Of a stretch of DNA of 64,000 nucleotides, positions 53,179 to 64,000 are shown in pieces. Source of the stretch: Octopus bimaculoides. Its lineage: Eukaryota. Under the pieces are notes generated by a model. It was not told the origin of the DNA. It worked only from the letters and a program-made list of their open reading frames with translations, and did not search any database. The translations under genes and the position numbers were made by a program. How positions within the stretch are numbered: the first letter of the stretch is position 1; each line of letters opens with the position of its first letter. The stretch spans positions 35,723,154 to 35,787,153 of the forward strand of contig NC_068985.1 in NCBI RefSeq assembly GCF_001194135.2, read 5' to 3'.

Positions 53179-53559
53179 GCTCATACACACACACACACAT
53201 TCATTGTGCCTTTAGAATAACAACAACCACTAAAATGATATTTTTTTTTTTTCATAATTTTCTGTCATTTTATCATATTCTACACTCTGAAACATTTGTA
53301 ACTCACGTTAAAGAAAAAAAAATCTCACCCCCTCTTCCCTCCTTCATTGTACTTTTCATAATGAAGGAAAAGTCAAACACTGCAAGTGAATGTGTGAGAA
53401 AATAATTTCAATTTTGAAAAGTGTATCCATAAAGCGACATTTTCTGCCATTTATTTAAACTTCCTCTGCTAACTTGTCAAATATAATTACATGCAATGCA
53501 TGGGTTTTGAGATTTAAATTTGCTAATTTTCCAAGATTTTAATTCTTGTGTATGAGGGG

Positions 53560-53612
53560 GCCCACTGAATTTGAAGTTCCCTGGGCACCCCCTTGGTTTA
53601 AATCCGGCCCTG
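53560..53612 (-). mobile_element. hAT-like terminus (CAGGGCCGGATTTAAACC)
   Basis: A typical CAGGGCCGG TIR start abutting the mariner remnant; partner TIR not found. Confidence 0.5.
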
Positions 53613-54201
53613 TCTGGTGTAGAGTGTCATAGAGGTCTAATAGGACCATTTTTCTTTGAAGTTATTGTTGCTGGTCAAGCACACCCAGACAAGCTGCACA
53701 TGTTAATTTTACTTGCCATACATGCAATTTATGGAAATGATGAATTTTTCTTTCAAAAGATGGTGCACTATCATATTGCTGCCAAAATGTCTACACTTAC
53801 CTGAATGAGAATTTGCAAAAACACTGGACAGGACAGACTGAGGGGCAACTGAATTCCTTGCATGTTCTCCTGATTTAACACTTGCAGATTTTTACTTATG
53901 GGGCACCCTAAAGGATGCTGTACATTGGAGAAAATTGTTTGCTCTGGTGACCCTTTGGAATGAAAATGAAATGGAATGTGCAGCAATCCCACTGGATACA
54001 TTAGCTAACATTGCCCAAGCTGCAGTTCTGCACACTAATAACTGCCAGAAGCTAATGGTCACCATTTTCAGCACCTCTTGTAATTGTAGAGGCTAAAGGT
54101 AACTTGTATTTCTCTCATAATGTCTGAATAAATTTAGTATAAAGTATTTTTCCATGTTTTTCTTTTTTTGAAGTCTGCATACATTTTATTGGTGGACTCT
54201 G
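53613..54201 (+). mobile_element. Tc1/mariner (maT/DD37D-like) transposase 3' remnant with right TIR
   Basis: GLIGPFFFE, FFFQ(Q)DGA, SPDLTLADFYLWG.LKDAVY motifs (frameshifted); ends ...attggtggactctg. Confidence 0.8.
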
Positions 54202-55324
54202 TGTGTGTGTACATGCATGTGCACATGTGTGTATGTATGTATGTGTGTTTGTGTGTGTACACACACATATACACATATATAAATGCATACATACATGTAT
54301 GTATATGTGTATATATGTATCTGTGTGTATATATATATATCTTTGAATGTATATATATGTGTGTGTGTGTGTGTGTATGTACATATGTATATATGAATTA
54401 CACAGACACATTCATACACATAGCCACCTAATATGCTATGCAGCTTCCTTGACACATGAACTTTCAGTATAAAGGCTTCATTTTGATGTGACTAATAATA
54501 TTCTTTCTCCTGTTGATATCTGACTAATATATGTAGTAATTAATACAGGATGAGTGGGATACATTCTACTCTTACTGTTTTACCACTCATGATCCTCTCC
54601 TCTTCCCTTCATCTTTTTTCACTTACATTCAGCTCTTTACTACTTTTTTCTCCTCTCTTGTTCATACTCTGACTTCTTTCCTCACCCACTATAGTTTCTC
54701 ACTCCCCTGCCACTTATATTGTCCCAACCCCTCTTCTCTATTCACCCATCATAGCTCCATCTAACTGGTGGGATTGTCATCAGTGAAGAAAATTTCATTC
54801 CCCATTAGCACTGTTGCATAACTGAAGGAAGGGTCTTTGGATTGGTTAATGTTAATGTTCCTGGCAATGACATATGTCATTTATTTTCTGTTCTTCCTTT
54901 AATGAATGACAGTAGAGTAAAAATACATATCAATGATATCAATGATAACAGGGAAATTAAAATACAAAGAAAACCATTCAGAGAGTAGTATAAATGCATA
55001 TATTAGTGCTAATACTCCTTAGTTTTATTAAACACACCCTCTTTTACTTTTATCCAATCCTGCTGCTGTTCTACTTTCTTCTTACTGTTTTTCATTGTAT
55101 TTTTTTAACATGTCCTCATTCTTGTCCTCTATTCCACCTCTATTCTACTTACACAGTCTCAGCTGCTATATAATGTCTAAAGTGACATTGTCTCCAAAAA
55201 ATGTTAGGTGGCATAGGACAATTGCAAAATTCATCATTGGGATAAGGGTGTTGAATAACCGATATCTGTAAATTGTAAGTAACCAAAGAAGAAGAAAAAA
55301 AAATTAAATTTGGTACAGCTGTAG

Positions 55325-55790
55325 TGAAGGTGTGTGACCTAGTGGTTATAGTGTAGTACTTTGATTGCAAAATTGTGGTTTTGATTCCCAGATCAGGCAG
55401 TGTGTTGTGTTTTTGGGTTAAAAAATTCACGTTGCTCCAGTCCACATTGCTCCAGCTGTAAATGAGTAGCACTGTGACAGACAGGTACCCTGTTCAGGGT
55501 ACCAGGGAATGTTAGGCTCTCAGTCACTTATACATCATTTAAACTGAGTAACTGGTCCTATAAGTCCTAGTAGCCAAGACAGTACTTATTTACAGCTGAG
55601 GGGTTAAAAAGTTTGCTTTACAGCCATGTGGTTCTGGTTTCAATACAACAGCATGCCATCTTGGACAAGTATCTTCTATCATAACCTGGAATTAACTTAG
55701 ACTTTACCAGTGGAATTTAGTTGGTGGAAACTGAAACAGAAGTTCATTTTGTGTGCATGTATGTATGCGCATGCACATACAGATGTGTGT
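55325..55790 (+). mobile_element. Two adjacent degenerate tRNA-derived SINEs
   Basis: A/B-box-like heads at about 55330-55390 and 55605-55650. Confidence 0.6.
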
Positions 55791-55819
55791 GTATATATAT
55801 ATATATCTATATATATATA

Positions 55820-58150
55820 TACCATGGTAGATAAAGCAATTAAGAGTATGAAGACAGGGAAAGCTGCTGGCCCATCAGGAATCACTGCAGAGATGCTCAA
55901 AATATCTGGCAGTGTTGGCTATAGCCTAGTCACTCGTATTGTTAACCAGGTGATACATGAAGGAGTCATACCCAATAACTGGTGTAGCAGCACTATAGTC
56001 AACTGCTACAAAGGTAAAGGTGACGCTTTAGATACAAATAATTACAGAGGTATCAAGTTGTTAGATCAGGTAATGAAAGTCACGGAGAGGGTCATAGCCC
56101 AACTAATTAGGGAGAGAGTCAGTTTAGATGAGATGCAGTTTGGGTTCGTGCCTGGGAAAAGCACCACTGNNNNNNNNNNNNNNNNNNNNNNNNNNNNNNN
56201 NNNNNNNNNNNNNNNNNNNNNNNNNNNNNNNNNNNNNNNNNNNNNNNNNNNNNNNNNNNNNNNNNNNNNNNNNNNNNNNNNNNNNNNNNNNNNNNNNNNN
56301 NNNNNNNNNNNNNNNNNNNNNNNNNNNNNNNNNNNNNNNNNNNNNNNNNNNNNNNNNNNNNNNNNNNNNNNNNNNNNNNNNNNNNNNNNNNNNNNNNNNN
56401 NNNNNNNNNNNNNNNNNNNNNNNNNNNNNNNNNNNNNNNNNNNNNNNNNNNNNNNNNNNNNNNNNNNNNNNNNNNNNNNNNNNNNNNNNNNNNNNNNNNN
56501 NNNNNNNNNNNNNNNNNNNNNNNNNNNNNNNNNNNNNNNNNNNNNNNNNNNNNNNNNNNNNNNNNNNNNNNNNNNNNNNNNNNNNNNNNNNNNNNNNNNN
56601 NNNNNNNNNNNNNNNNNNNNNNNNNNNNNNNNNNNNNNNNNNNNNNNNNNNNNNNNNNNNNNNNNNNNNNNNNNNNNNNNNNNNNNNNNNNNNNNNNNNN
56701 NNNNNNNNNNNNNNNNNNNNNNNNNNNNNNNNNNNNNNNNNNNNNNNNNNNNNNNNNNNNNNNNNNNNNNNNNNNNNNNNNNNNNNNNNNNNNNNNNNNN
56801 NNNNNNNNNNNNNNNNNNNNNNNNNNNNNNNNNNNNNNNNNNNNNNNNNNNNNNNNNNNNNNNNNNNNNNNNNNNNNNNNNNNNNNNNNNNNNNNNNNNN
56901 NNNNNNNNNNNNNNNNNNNNNNNNNNNNNGAGAAAAGTTCAGAGAGCTCTTACCTCTGCTGGTGACAAAGGGTCTCTCTCTCAGAGTAAAAGGCAGACTG
57001 TATGACGCATGTGTACGAACAGCTATGCTACATGGCAGTGAAACATGGGTCGTGACTGCTGAGGACATGCATAAGCTCGAAAGGAATGAAGCCAGTATGC
57101 TCCGATGGATGAGTAATGTCAGTGTGCATACCCGACAGAGTGTAAGTATCTTGAGAGAAAAGTTGAACCTAAGAAGCATCAGTTGTGGTGTGCAAGAGAG
57201 ACAATTGTGCTGGTATGGTCACGTGGCAAGAATGGATGAGGACAGCTGTGTGAAAAAGTGCCACACCTTAGCGGTTGAAGGAACCTGTGGAAGAGGCAGG
57301 CCCAGGAAGACCTGGGATGAGGTGGTGAAGCACGACCTCCAAACATTAGGCCTCACTGAGGCAATGACTTCTGACTGAGACCTTTGGAAATATGCTGNNN
57401 NNNNNNNNNNNNNNNNNNNNNNNNNNNNNNNNNNNNNNNNNNNNNNNNNNNNNNNNNNNNNNNNNNNNNNNNNNNNNNNNNNNNNNNNNNNNNNNNNNNN
57501 NNNNNNNNNNNNNNNNNNNNNNNNNNNNNNNNNNNNNNNNNNNNNNNNNNNNNNNNNNNNNNNNNNNNNNNNNNNNNNNNNNNNNNNNNNNNNNNNNNNN
57601 NNNNNNNNNNNNNNNNNNNNNNNNNNNNNNNNNNNNNNNNNNNNNNNNNNNNNNNNNNNNNNNNNNNNNNNNNNNNNNNNNNNNNNNNNNNNNNNNNNNN
57701 NNNNNNNNNNNNNNNNNNNNNNNNNNNNNNNNNNNNNNNNNNNNNNNNNNNNNNNNNNNNNNNNNNNNNNNNNNNNNNNNNNNNNNNNNNNNNNNNNNNN
57801 NNNNNNNNNNNNNNNNNNNNNNNNNNNNNNNNNNNNNNNNNNNNNNNNNNNNNNNNNNNNNNNNNNCGTGAAAAGTCGTTTGAGTGAGATCATTGCCAGT
57901 GCAGGTGGCATGTAAAATACACCATTTCGAGCGTGGCCATTGCCAGTACCGCCTGACTGGCCTTCGTGCCGGTGGCATGTAAAAGCACCCATTACACTCT
58001 CAGAGCGGTTGGTGTTAGGAAGTGCATCCAGCTGTAGAAACTCTGTCAAATCAGATTGGAGCCTGGTGTAGCCACCTGGTTCACCAGGCCTCAGTCAAAT
58101 CGTCCAACCCATGCTAGCATGGAAAGCGGACGTTAAACGATGATGATGAT
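55820..58150 (+). mobile_element. RTE LINE (RT, C-terminus, 3' UTR, (TGA)n tail) with two assembly gaps
   Basis: GKAAGPSGITAEMLK, YKGKGDALDTNNYRGIKLL, MQFGFVPGKSTT and AMLHGSETW motifs; the sequenced ORF2 segments read open until a TGA near 57376. Confidence 0.95.
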
Positions 58151-60389
58151 TAATATATTTGAATTATAACTGTTCAAAATGCTCACAGACTGATAATACC
58201 AAGACACTGAGCTGCAATGTGTACAAAATGGCTATATTAACTTATTTTAAGAATAAAATGTTTTTCTATATTTTATACTAGTATTACACTATATGTTATG
58301 TTTTCAAAGACACATATTTTTGCTTCTGTTGTCATGAAAATTGAATTAAAAAGGGCAACAATCTATTTGTGGAAAATCTGAATTTTAATTGGTGGAATAT
58401 AATGAACTTGCCTTTTGAGATGTCTGTTTGCAAAAGGCTGTCATTTAATCAGTTAAACAAAGATTACTCTTTGGCATCATTCTCTGATGAAATGGTTTCA
58501 AAAAAAAAAAAAAAATTGAAGTTGTTAATAAACTACAAATTTCTGTTATATCATTTCGAAACCAAAATAATGTAGTACCCCATGGAAAAAACTGGGAGTG
58601 GGGGGATAGTCATGACTAGATCTGTGATCATCTTTTAGCTGGGTTAGTTTGACCTGGAACTAAAAGACAACAATACAGCATGATAGTCATCATCAAATGT
58701 TATGTCATTGTTGATGATATTTTTTAGTTGTTCATTAGAAAATTTCAATCAATAGTCTTTAGTTTGCTTATAGAAGAATGACTGAAACCAGCTGTTGGGA
58801 AAATGATCACACTATTTCACACCATGGAATGTTTTTTTCTTTTTGGATCCTGCTAAATTCAAGAATTTTTGGAAGTAAAAATTAATTTTTGCAATACTAC
58901 ATTCTCCACACTCACATGATTTTGCATGTTTTTTTTGGTCCTGTTCTGAATTAACGAAATGATGCTGAAATGAATTCATGAAATTTCAGGCATTTATAAT
59001 AATAAAAGCAAAATTTTGTCTGTCCATCTGGGATCCCTGTATCTCAGTCTACATTTGCTGTACATAGACATATTATACCATTTTTGAATCAAGATGATCC
59101 CAGGATTGAAAATCTGCCCTTCATTTGGTTCTTGAACAGCCAGCATTGGGATCTAATTTAAAAGCATTTGGGATGCTATTTCCAGCAGGTAAAGCTTGGC
59201 TGATTCACACCATCTTGGTAGCGTTTGTCAGATAATGTCAGAGATGAAGGGGGAGATAAATGACATTTGCTTCATTAATTTTACATTGAGATAAGAATGT
59301 TGGGACAAATTGGCCAACAGTTGGAATTCAACTTGGGACTGGAACAATAGAATGATTGCATTACAGAACTAATTCTGATCCATCCTTAACCTCTGATCAA
59401 AAACCACAGGGGCATATAGTATTTATAGATGTATTATAGTCATGCAATTTAGCCCTCTTTAGTTTTGGGCCACAGGCCCAATTAGCTCTCCACAGGAGCT
59501 AGCTCAAAAGTCTGCACAGAGTGTGGCTTTTAAGCTAGCATATAATGATGTTAAGGCAGAACTTAGCCACATAAAAGTTAAATATCTTAAGCTTTGTTTC
59601 CAAAAGTGGCAGGAATATTGAAGCTGGTGCATATCAGCAGGAAAAAATTACTCTGAAGTGAATAATACATAATACATGAACATTAGTCTTCAAAATATCT
59701 GCAGTCTTAGAGAATTTTTTTCACTTTTTTCATCATCAGACCTTTATTATTGAAGTTTCATTGTAACTTTCAATTATCCAATTATTATAATTATAGGAAT
59801 CCAGGTCATAAAATTTGGGGAAAAAGTAAATGTTAAGCAAGAACGATTCAGTGAAAAAAAAAACTTACGTACTCAAAGTAAATAATACTGGATTCAAGAG
59901 AATTGTGTGAGCTTGTGTTTATTATGTCAACCAATTTTGCTCCAATTTTCTGTATTCTAAAACAGATTAACATGTATTTTTGTATAATTGTTTCAAAGCA
60001 GACAAAAAAAAAAAAAGACAGAAATTAGGTGAGGTGAAGCAAATTATACCAAAAGATGGATAGGAGCTATATGAATCTTCATAAATAGCTTTGTAAATTT
60101 TCCATTTAAACCATGGCTTTAGGTATAGCTTCCAGGTTATGACTCCTTATGTAAATACAGATGCAATAACATTGTATAAAAATATGTTAACTTTAAAATA
60201 TATTTAATAAAATGTATTGAAAAGATTTGCTAATTATAAATTACAATTCTTTTGTTTGCTACATGAAAATAATTGTTGTAAAACATAGATAACAAAATAT
60301 ATTAACATGTATAATAATGATTCTAACATAGGTACAAGGCCTATGATTTATAGTCAAGAAAATTCCCTAGAATTGACCTATCTTAGATC

Positions 60390-60636
60390 TGTGATTCTGA
60401 ACCTCAGTGTTTGTATTCCTTTGGGTGCATTGTGAACTTACAAGGAATCCATAAATATCTAGCGGTGCCTAGGAGTAGTAAGTGTTCAGAGGAGTTATAA
60501 TTTTTCTTAAAAAATTTTCTCTTCCATGCCAAACTTTTCTAAAACATGAAGTTTAATATCTAATATAATTAATCCCTTTGTGGTTCCTTTTTGCACTATT
60601 GTCTTCAATTCCACTTGATGGTCTCTTTCCAGACAT
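60390..60636 (-). mobile_element. pogo/Tigger transposase N-terminal relic
   Basis: MSGKRPSSGIEDNSAKRNHKGI, then after a frameshift ILDIKLHVLEKF, like the Tigger CENP-B HTH start (KRxRKxITLExKLxVI). Confidence 0.6.
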
Positions 60637-61796
60637 TTTCAATTGTAGGTAAATCCAACAGCAGCAATGATCAACAATTATCAACAATAAATAAGTATGA
60701 AAAAAAAAAATGGCACCAGTAAAGAACAGTTCTGTAGCAAAAACTGTAAGAATGGAAATGAGAAGATGAATATGGTGCAGCAGTAAGGTGGGAGAAAGTA
60801 GCATGTGATTACAGTTAGTTTGAGGAATACCAGGTTCATGGATACTTTGCCCTTTGCTCTTCTTGCCTAAGCCATTAAAACTCCACACTCTACTCTCACA
60901 CACACATGCATGCAAACACACAAACACTTATACATATACACACTCTGTTGTGTTGACATACAACATATGGAACTGCAAACATTGCTATGAAGCTGATAAC
61001 ATTATTGCTATTGCTAGTTGGTTATTCAAAAGTTGATGGGTTGGTAGTGGTGATAGCATTGGTTCTATTCATTTTGGTGTTGCTGATCGTGATGGCAGGA
61101 GTATTGTTGCTGGTGAAGGCTATATTTTTCTTGTTAATTGCATTGTTGTTGTTCAGTCTCAAGTTAATCTTCATTGGCTTGAAATAAAAGTCATTTCATT
61201 CAATATTTTAAATTACACAAGGGTATCAGTTTACCTCATGTCATTGTCTTTTATTTTAGATGGAGTTTCTTATCTTGTTCATTCTATTGTTTATCATTAA
61301 GGAATTGTTGGTTTGGTAATGGCAGTAGTATTGGTTTTTGTGTTGATGCTTGTTATATTGGCGTTGATAATAGACAGTGGTGTTGGTGGACAAGGCTGAC
61401 ACACATATATTGAGAAAGAGAAAGAGATAATAGATATTCATTGTGACCCAAGAAAATATATACAAATATTCACACACAAAATTTCAGTGAAAAATTCCTT
61501 CCCACCATAGTTTGTAAGTGTCTATAGTGACACTAACCAGAGTCTTGTACACACACATATGTGTATTTGTGTTTGTGTATACATATATACACACTCACAT
61601 ATGTAGTGGTTGTTGAATACTGATGGTTCATAACTGTCATGAATTAATTAAAGCTTCATGTCACTCTATACATTTGTGCAAAAGAAGTTTTTGTCTCAGA
61701 TTCAAATGATTGTTTTATATGAAAGGCTTGTAATTGACATGAAACTTAAAGCTACGAAGTAGTAGTCATTACAAACTGTATATACAATATTTGTTT

Positions 61797-61830
<34 letters not shown>

Positions 61831-61857
61831 NNNNNNNNNNNNNNNNATGTATGTGTG

Positions 61858-61888
<31 letters not shown>

Positions 61889-62240
61889 GTATATATCATT
61901 CATCGTCATCATCATCATTCAACATTCACATTTCTGTGCTTGTATGGTTTGGATGGGGTTTATTGAGACAAGTTTTCAAAGGCTGGACACCCTTCCTGTT
62001 GCCAACACTCACCTATTTTCAAGTAAAGTAATATTTCCCTATGGCCAGGCATGTTCTCACAGAATATTGGAAATGAATGTCATTGCTTGTATCACAGTGA
62101 CAATTATTTACGTTTATGCAATGCAAAGAAAAGGAGACACAAACACACTTTCTCACACACATATAAATATACTTATACATACATACATACATACTTACAC
62201 ACACACATATATATATATATTTAATATATGTATATACATA

Positions 62241-63715
62241 GGTGCAGGGGTGGTTGTGTGGTAAAATTATTGTGGGAGGAAGCTGATAAGAGCCTGGGTG
62301 TGTGGGCTGCCGCCCGGGATAAATTCCCAGTGGATAAAAGATACTGTTCGCAGGGGTCTGGGTGGTAGCAATTTCAAGCTCTTCAGTGTCAAAATGATGC
62401 CTGTAGCTGATTGGGTCAGGGTAAAAGCTGTTTTGACACTTTGGACCCAATCACCTATGCTTGGAGACTGGCCATATCAGGAAGAACTGTCCCCAGGGCC
62501 ATGGTAAGGCCAGGGAGCAGAAAAAAGAAAAAGTGCCTGCCGCCCTCCCCATTGGAGGGGGAGACAGTGGAAGTCATGGAGGAAGTTGCCTCCACGAAAA
62601 GAAAAAGAAAGGTGAGCAACTATTGTTGCTCACCAAAAAATGGGCAAGCAGCACAGGAGGCGGTGTGTGGGGGGTAGTGCCCCCTCCTCCATGCATGCCG
62701 ATGCAGGTCCCTACTCTCGTAGCCTCTAAAAGAAAGAGGAAAAAGAGGAGCAGAGGACAGTCAGTGGATGTCCCTGTGCCACCAACTGAACCGCTGGTGG
62801 GATGTGTGCCACCAGCAGAAAAGGCTCCGTTAGTGGGAAGTGTGTCACTGACGGAGCAGCTTGAGGCCCCTTCCCGTGAGGAGGAGGAGGAGTTTGTCCT
62901 CCTTTATCACGAGGAAGGGCCTGTGGGAGAATTTTTGGACTGCCTGGGCGACCGAGACCGTAGGTACTCGGACTGCACAGGCAGTCCAATATGGCTTCCG
63001 AAGGTGGCTGTGGAGGTAACAGAACATAAGATTTTGTCAAGGGTCATAGCGACCTTTGACAAGAAAGAATTTGCTTTCTTCTTCACAGGCCCCGACTTGT
63101 CAGTGCAGAGTTGTCTGCAGGCGGCAAGTCAACTTGCTTGGGGGCTCCGATGAGGAGGATTGATCTTCACCTTATCGATTTTGTATTGATATTTTTGAAT
63201 TCTTGTATTGATTTTTGATTGTAAAGGAAAAATTGTATTCGAGGGCTTGTTGGTCGGTGGGCGCCGACATCCCTCTCATCTTTATCATTATGTTTTCATT
63301 CCATTTCATTTTGTCTACGTCCAGCCCACAAGCTTCTTACTCTGTGTACAGTCTCCATGACCAGTTTAATGAAATAAAGAAGCTTGCTTCCAACCATATG
63401 GTTCTGGGTTCAGTCCCATTGCAGTGCACCTTGGGCAAGTGTCTTCTACTATAGCCTTGGGCTGACCAAAGCCTTGTGAGTGGATTTGGTAGACAGAAAC
63501 TGAAAGAAGCCTGTCGTATATATGTATTTGTGTTTTTATTTGTCTCCCCACTATCACTTGACAACCAATGTTGATGTGTTTATGTCCCTGTAACTTAGTG
63601 GCTTGGCAAAAGAGACCGTTAGAAAAAGTATTAGGCTTACAAAGAATAAGTCCTGGGGGTGATTTGTTTAACTAAAAGCAGTGCTCCAGCATGGCCAGTC
63701 AAATGATGAAACAAG
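62241..63715 (+). mobile_element. Full-length tRNA-derived SINE split by a 1.1-kb insertion
   Basis: Head ggtgcaggggtggttgtgtggtaa (62241-62264) resumes as gaagcttgcttccaacc...ggttcagtccc at about 63380. Confidence 0.85.
62265..63379 (+). mobile_element. Tx1/L1-like ORF1-only retroelement (gag-like, zinc knuckle), 5'-truncated
   Basis: NYCGRKLIRAWVCGLPPGINSQWI..., damaged CCHC knuckle CLETGHIRKNCP, 230-codon open frame ending at 63153, short 3' UTR and aataaa end. No EN or RT sequence. Confidence 0.7.
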
Positions 63716-63759
63716 AATATACATACATACACATATATATATATATAAAATACTCTATT

Positions 63760-64000
63760 GGATGTACAACATCAGTGCACATGCATAGTAAAGTGCAAAT
63801 GTATTGAGAGAAAAGTTGGGCATAAGAGAAATCAAATGTAGCATGCAAGATGCGTATGAATGAGGACAGCTGCATAAAGAAATGCCGATCACTGAAAGTG
63901 GATGGTACTCTTGGAAGAGGGAGACCCAGGAAGACATGGGATGAAGTGGTAAGGACTGATCTCAGGAAGTTGGGCCTCATGGAGGAAATGACAATGGACT
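63760..64000 (+). mobile_element. RTE ORF2 C-terminal fragment running off the window
   Basis: Homologous to 57110-57370 (LREKLG..., GRGRPRKTWDEVV). Confidence 0.88.

Noticed and set aside
60553-60927. 124-aa minus-strand ORF as a gene
   Set aside because: The first part is microsatellite and UTR-like; only the tail is a Tigger transposase relic.

Overview
AT-rich, microsatellite-rich eukaryotic (metazoan) genomic DNA with six N gaps. The SINE and RTE repeat families resemble those I associate with octopus/coleoid cephalopods; that assignment is inference. Two spliced protein-coding genes can be rebuilt by hand and they converge. (1) A 3-coding-exon SVOP/SV2-like MFS transporter on + (7279-7828, 10139-10417, 11290-12050; 529 aa). 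(2) Mitochondrial single-stranded DNA-binding protein SSBP1 on - (exons 38301-38382, 37438-37557, 34602-34689, 33006-33094, 27794-27852; start-codon exon unresolved). The rest is mostly layered transposon debris: two clades of Penelope-like elements, RTE and CR1-like LINEs, several tRNA-derived SINE families, Tigger/piggyBac/mariner/hAT/Merlin-like DNA elements, and Helitron/Helentron-type non-autonomous elements. The most unusual structures are an ORF1-only Tx1/L1-like retroelement inserted between the A and B boxes of a tRNA-SINE, a head-to-tail pair of DINE-1/HINE-like elements, a 5'-inverted (twin-priming-like) RTE insertion, a GG-terminal MITE with a perfect 8-bp TSD upstream of the transporter, and an acidic C-terminal tail on the mtSSB. 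I found no clearly new multi-gene system. All assignments come from manual reading and motif recall, not database searches.
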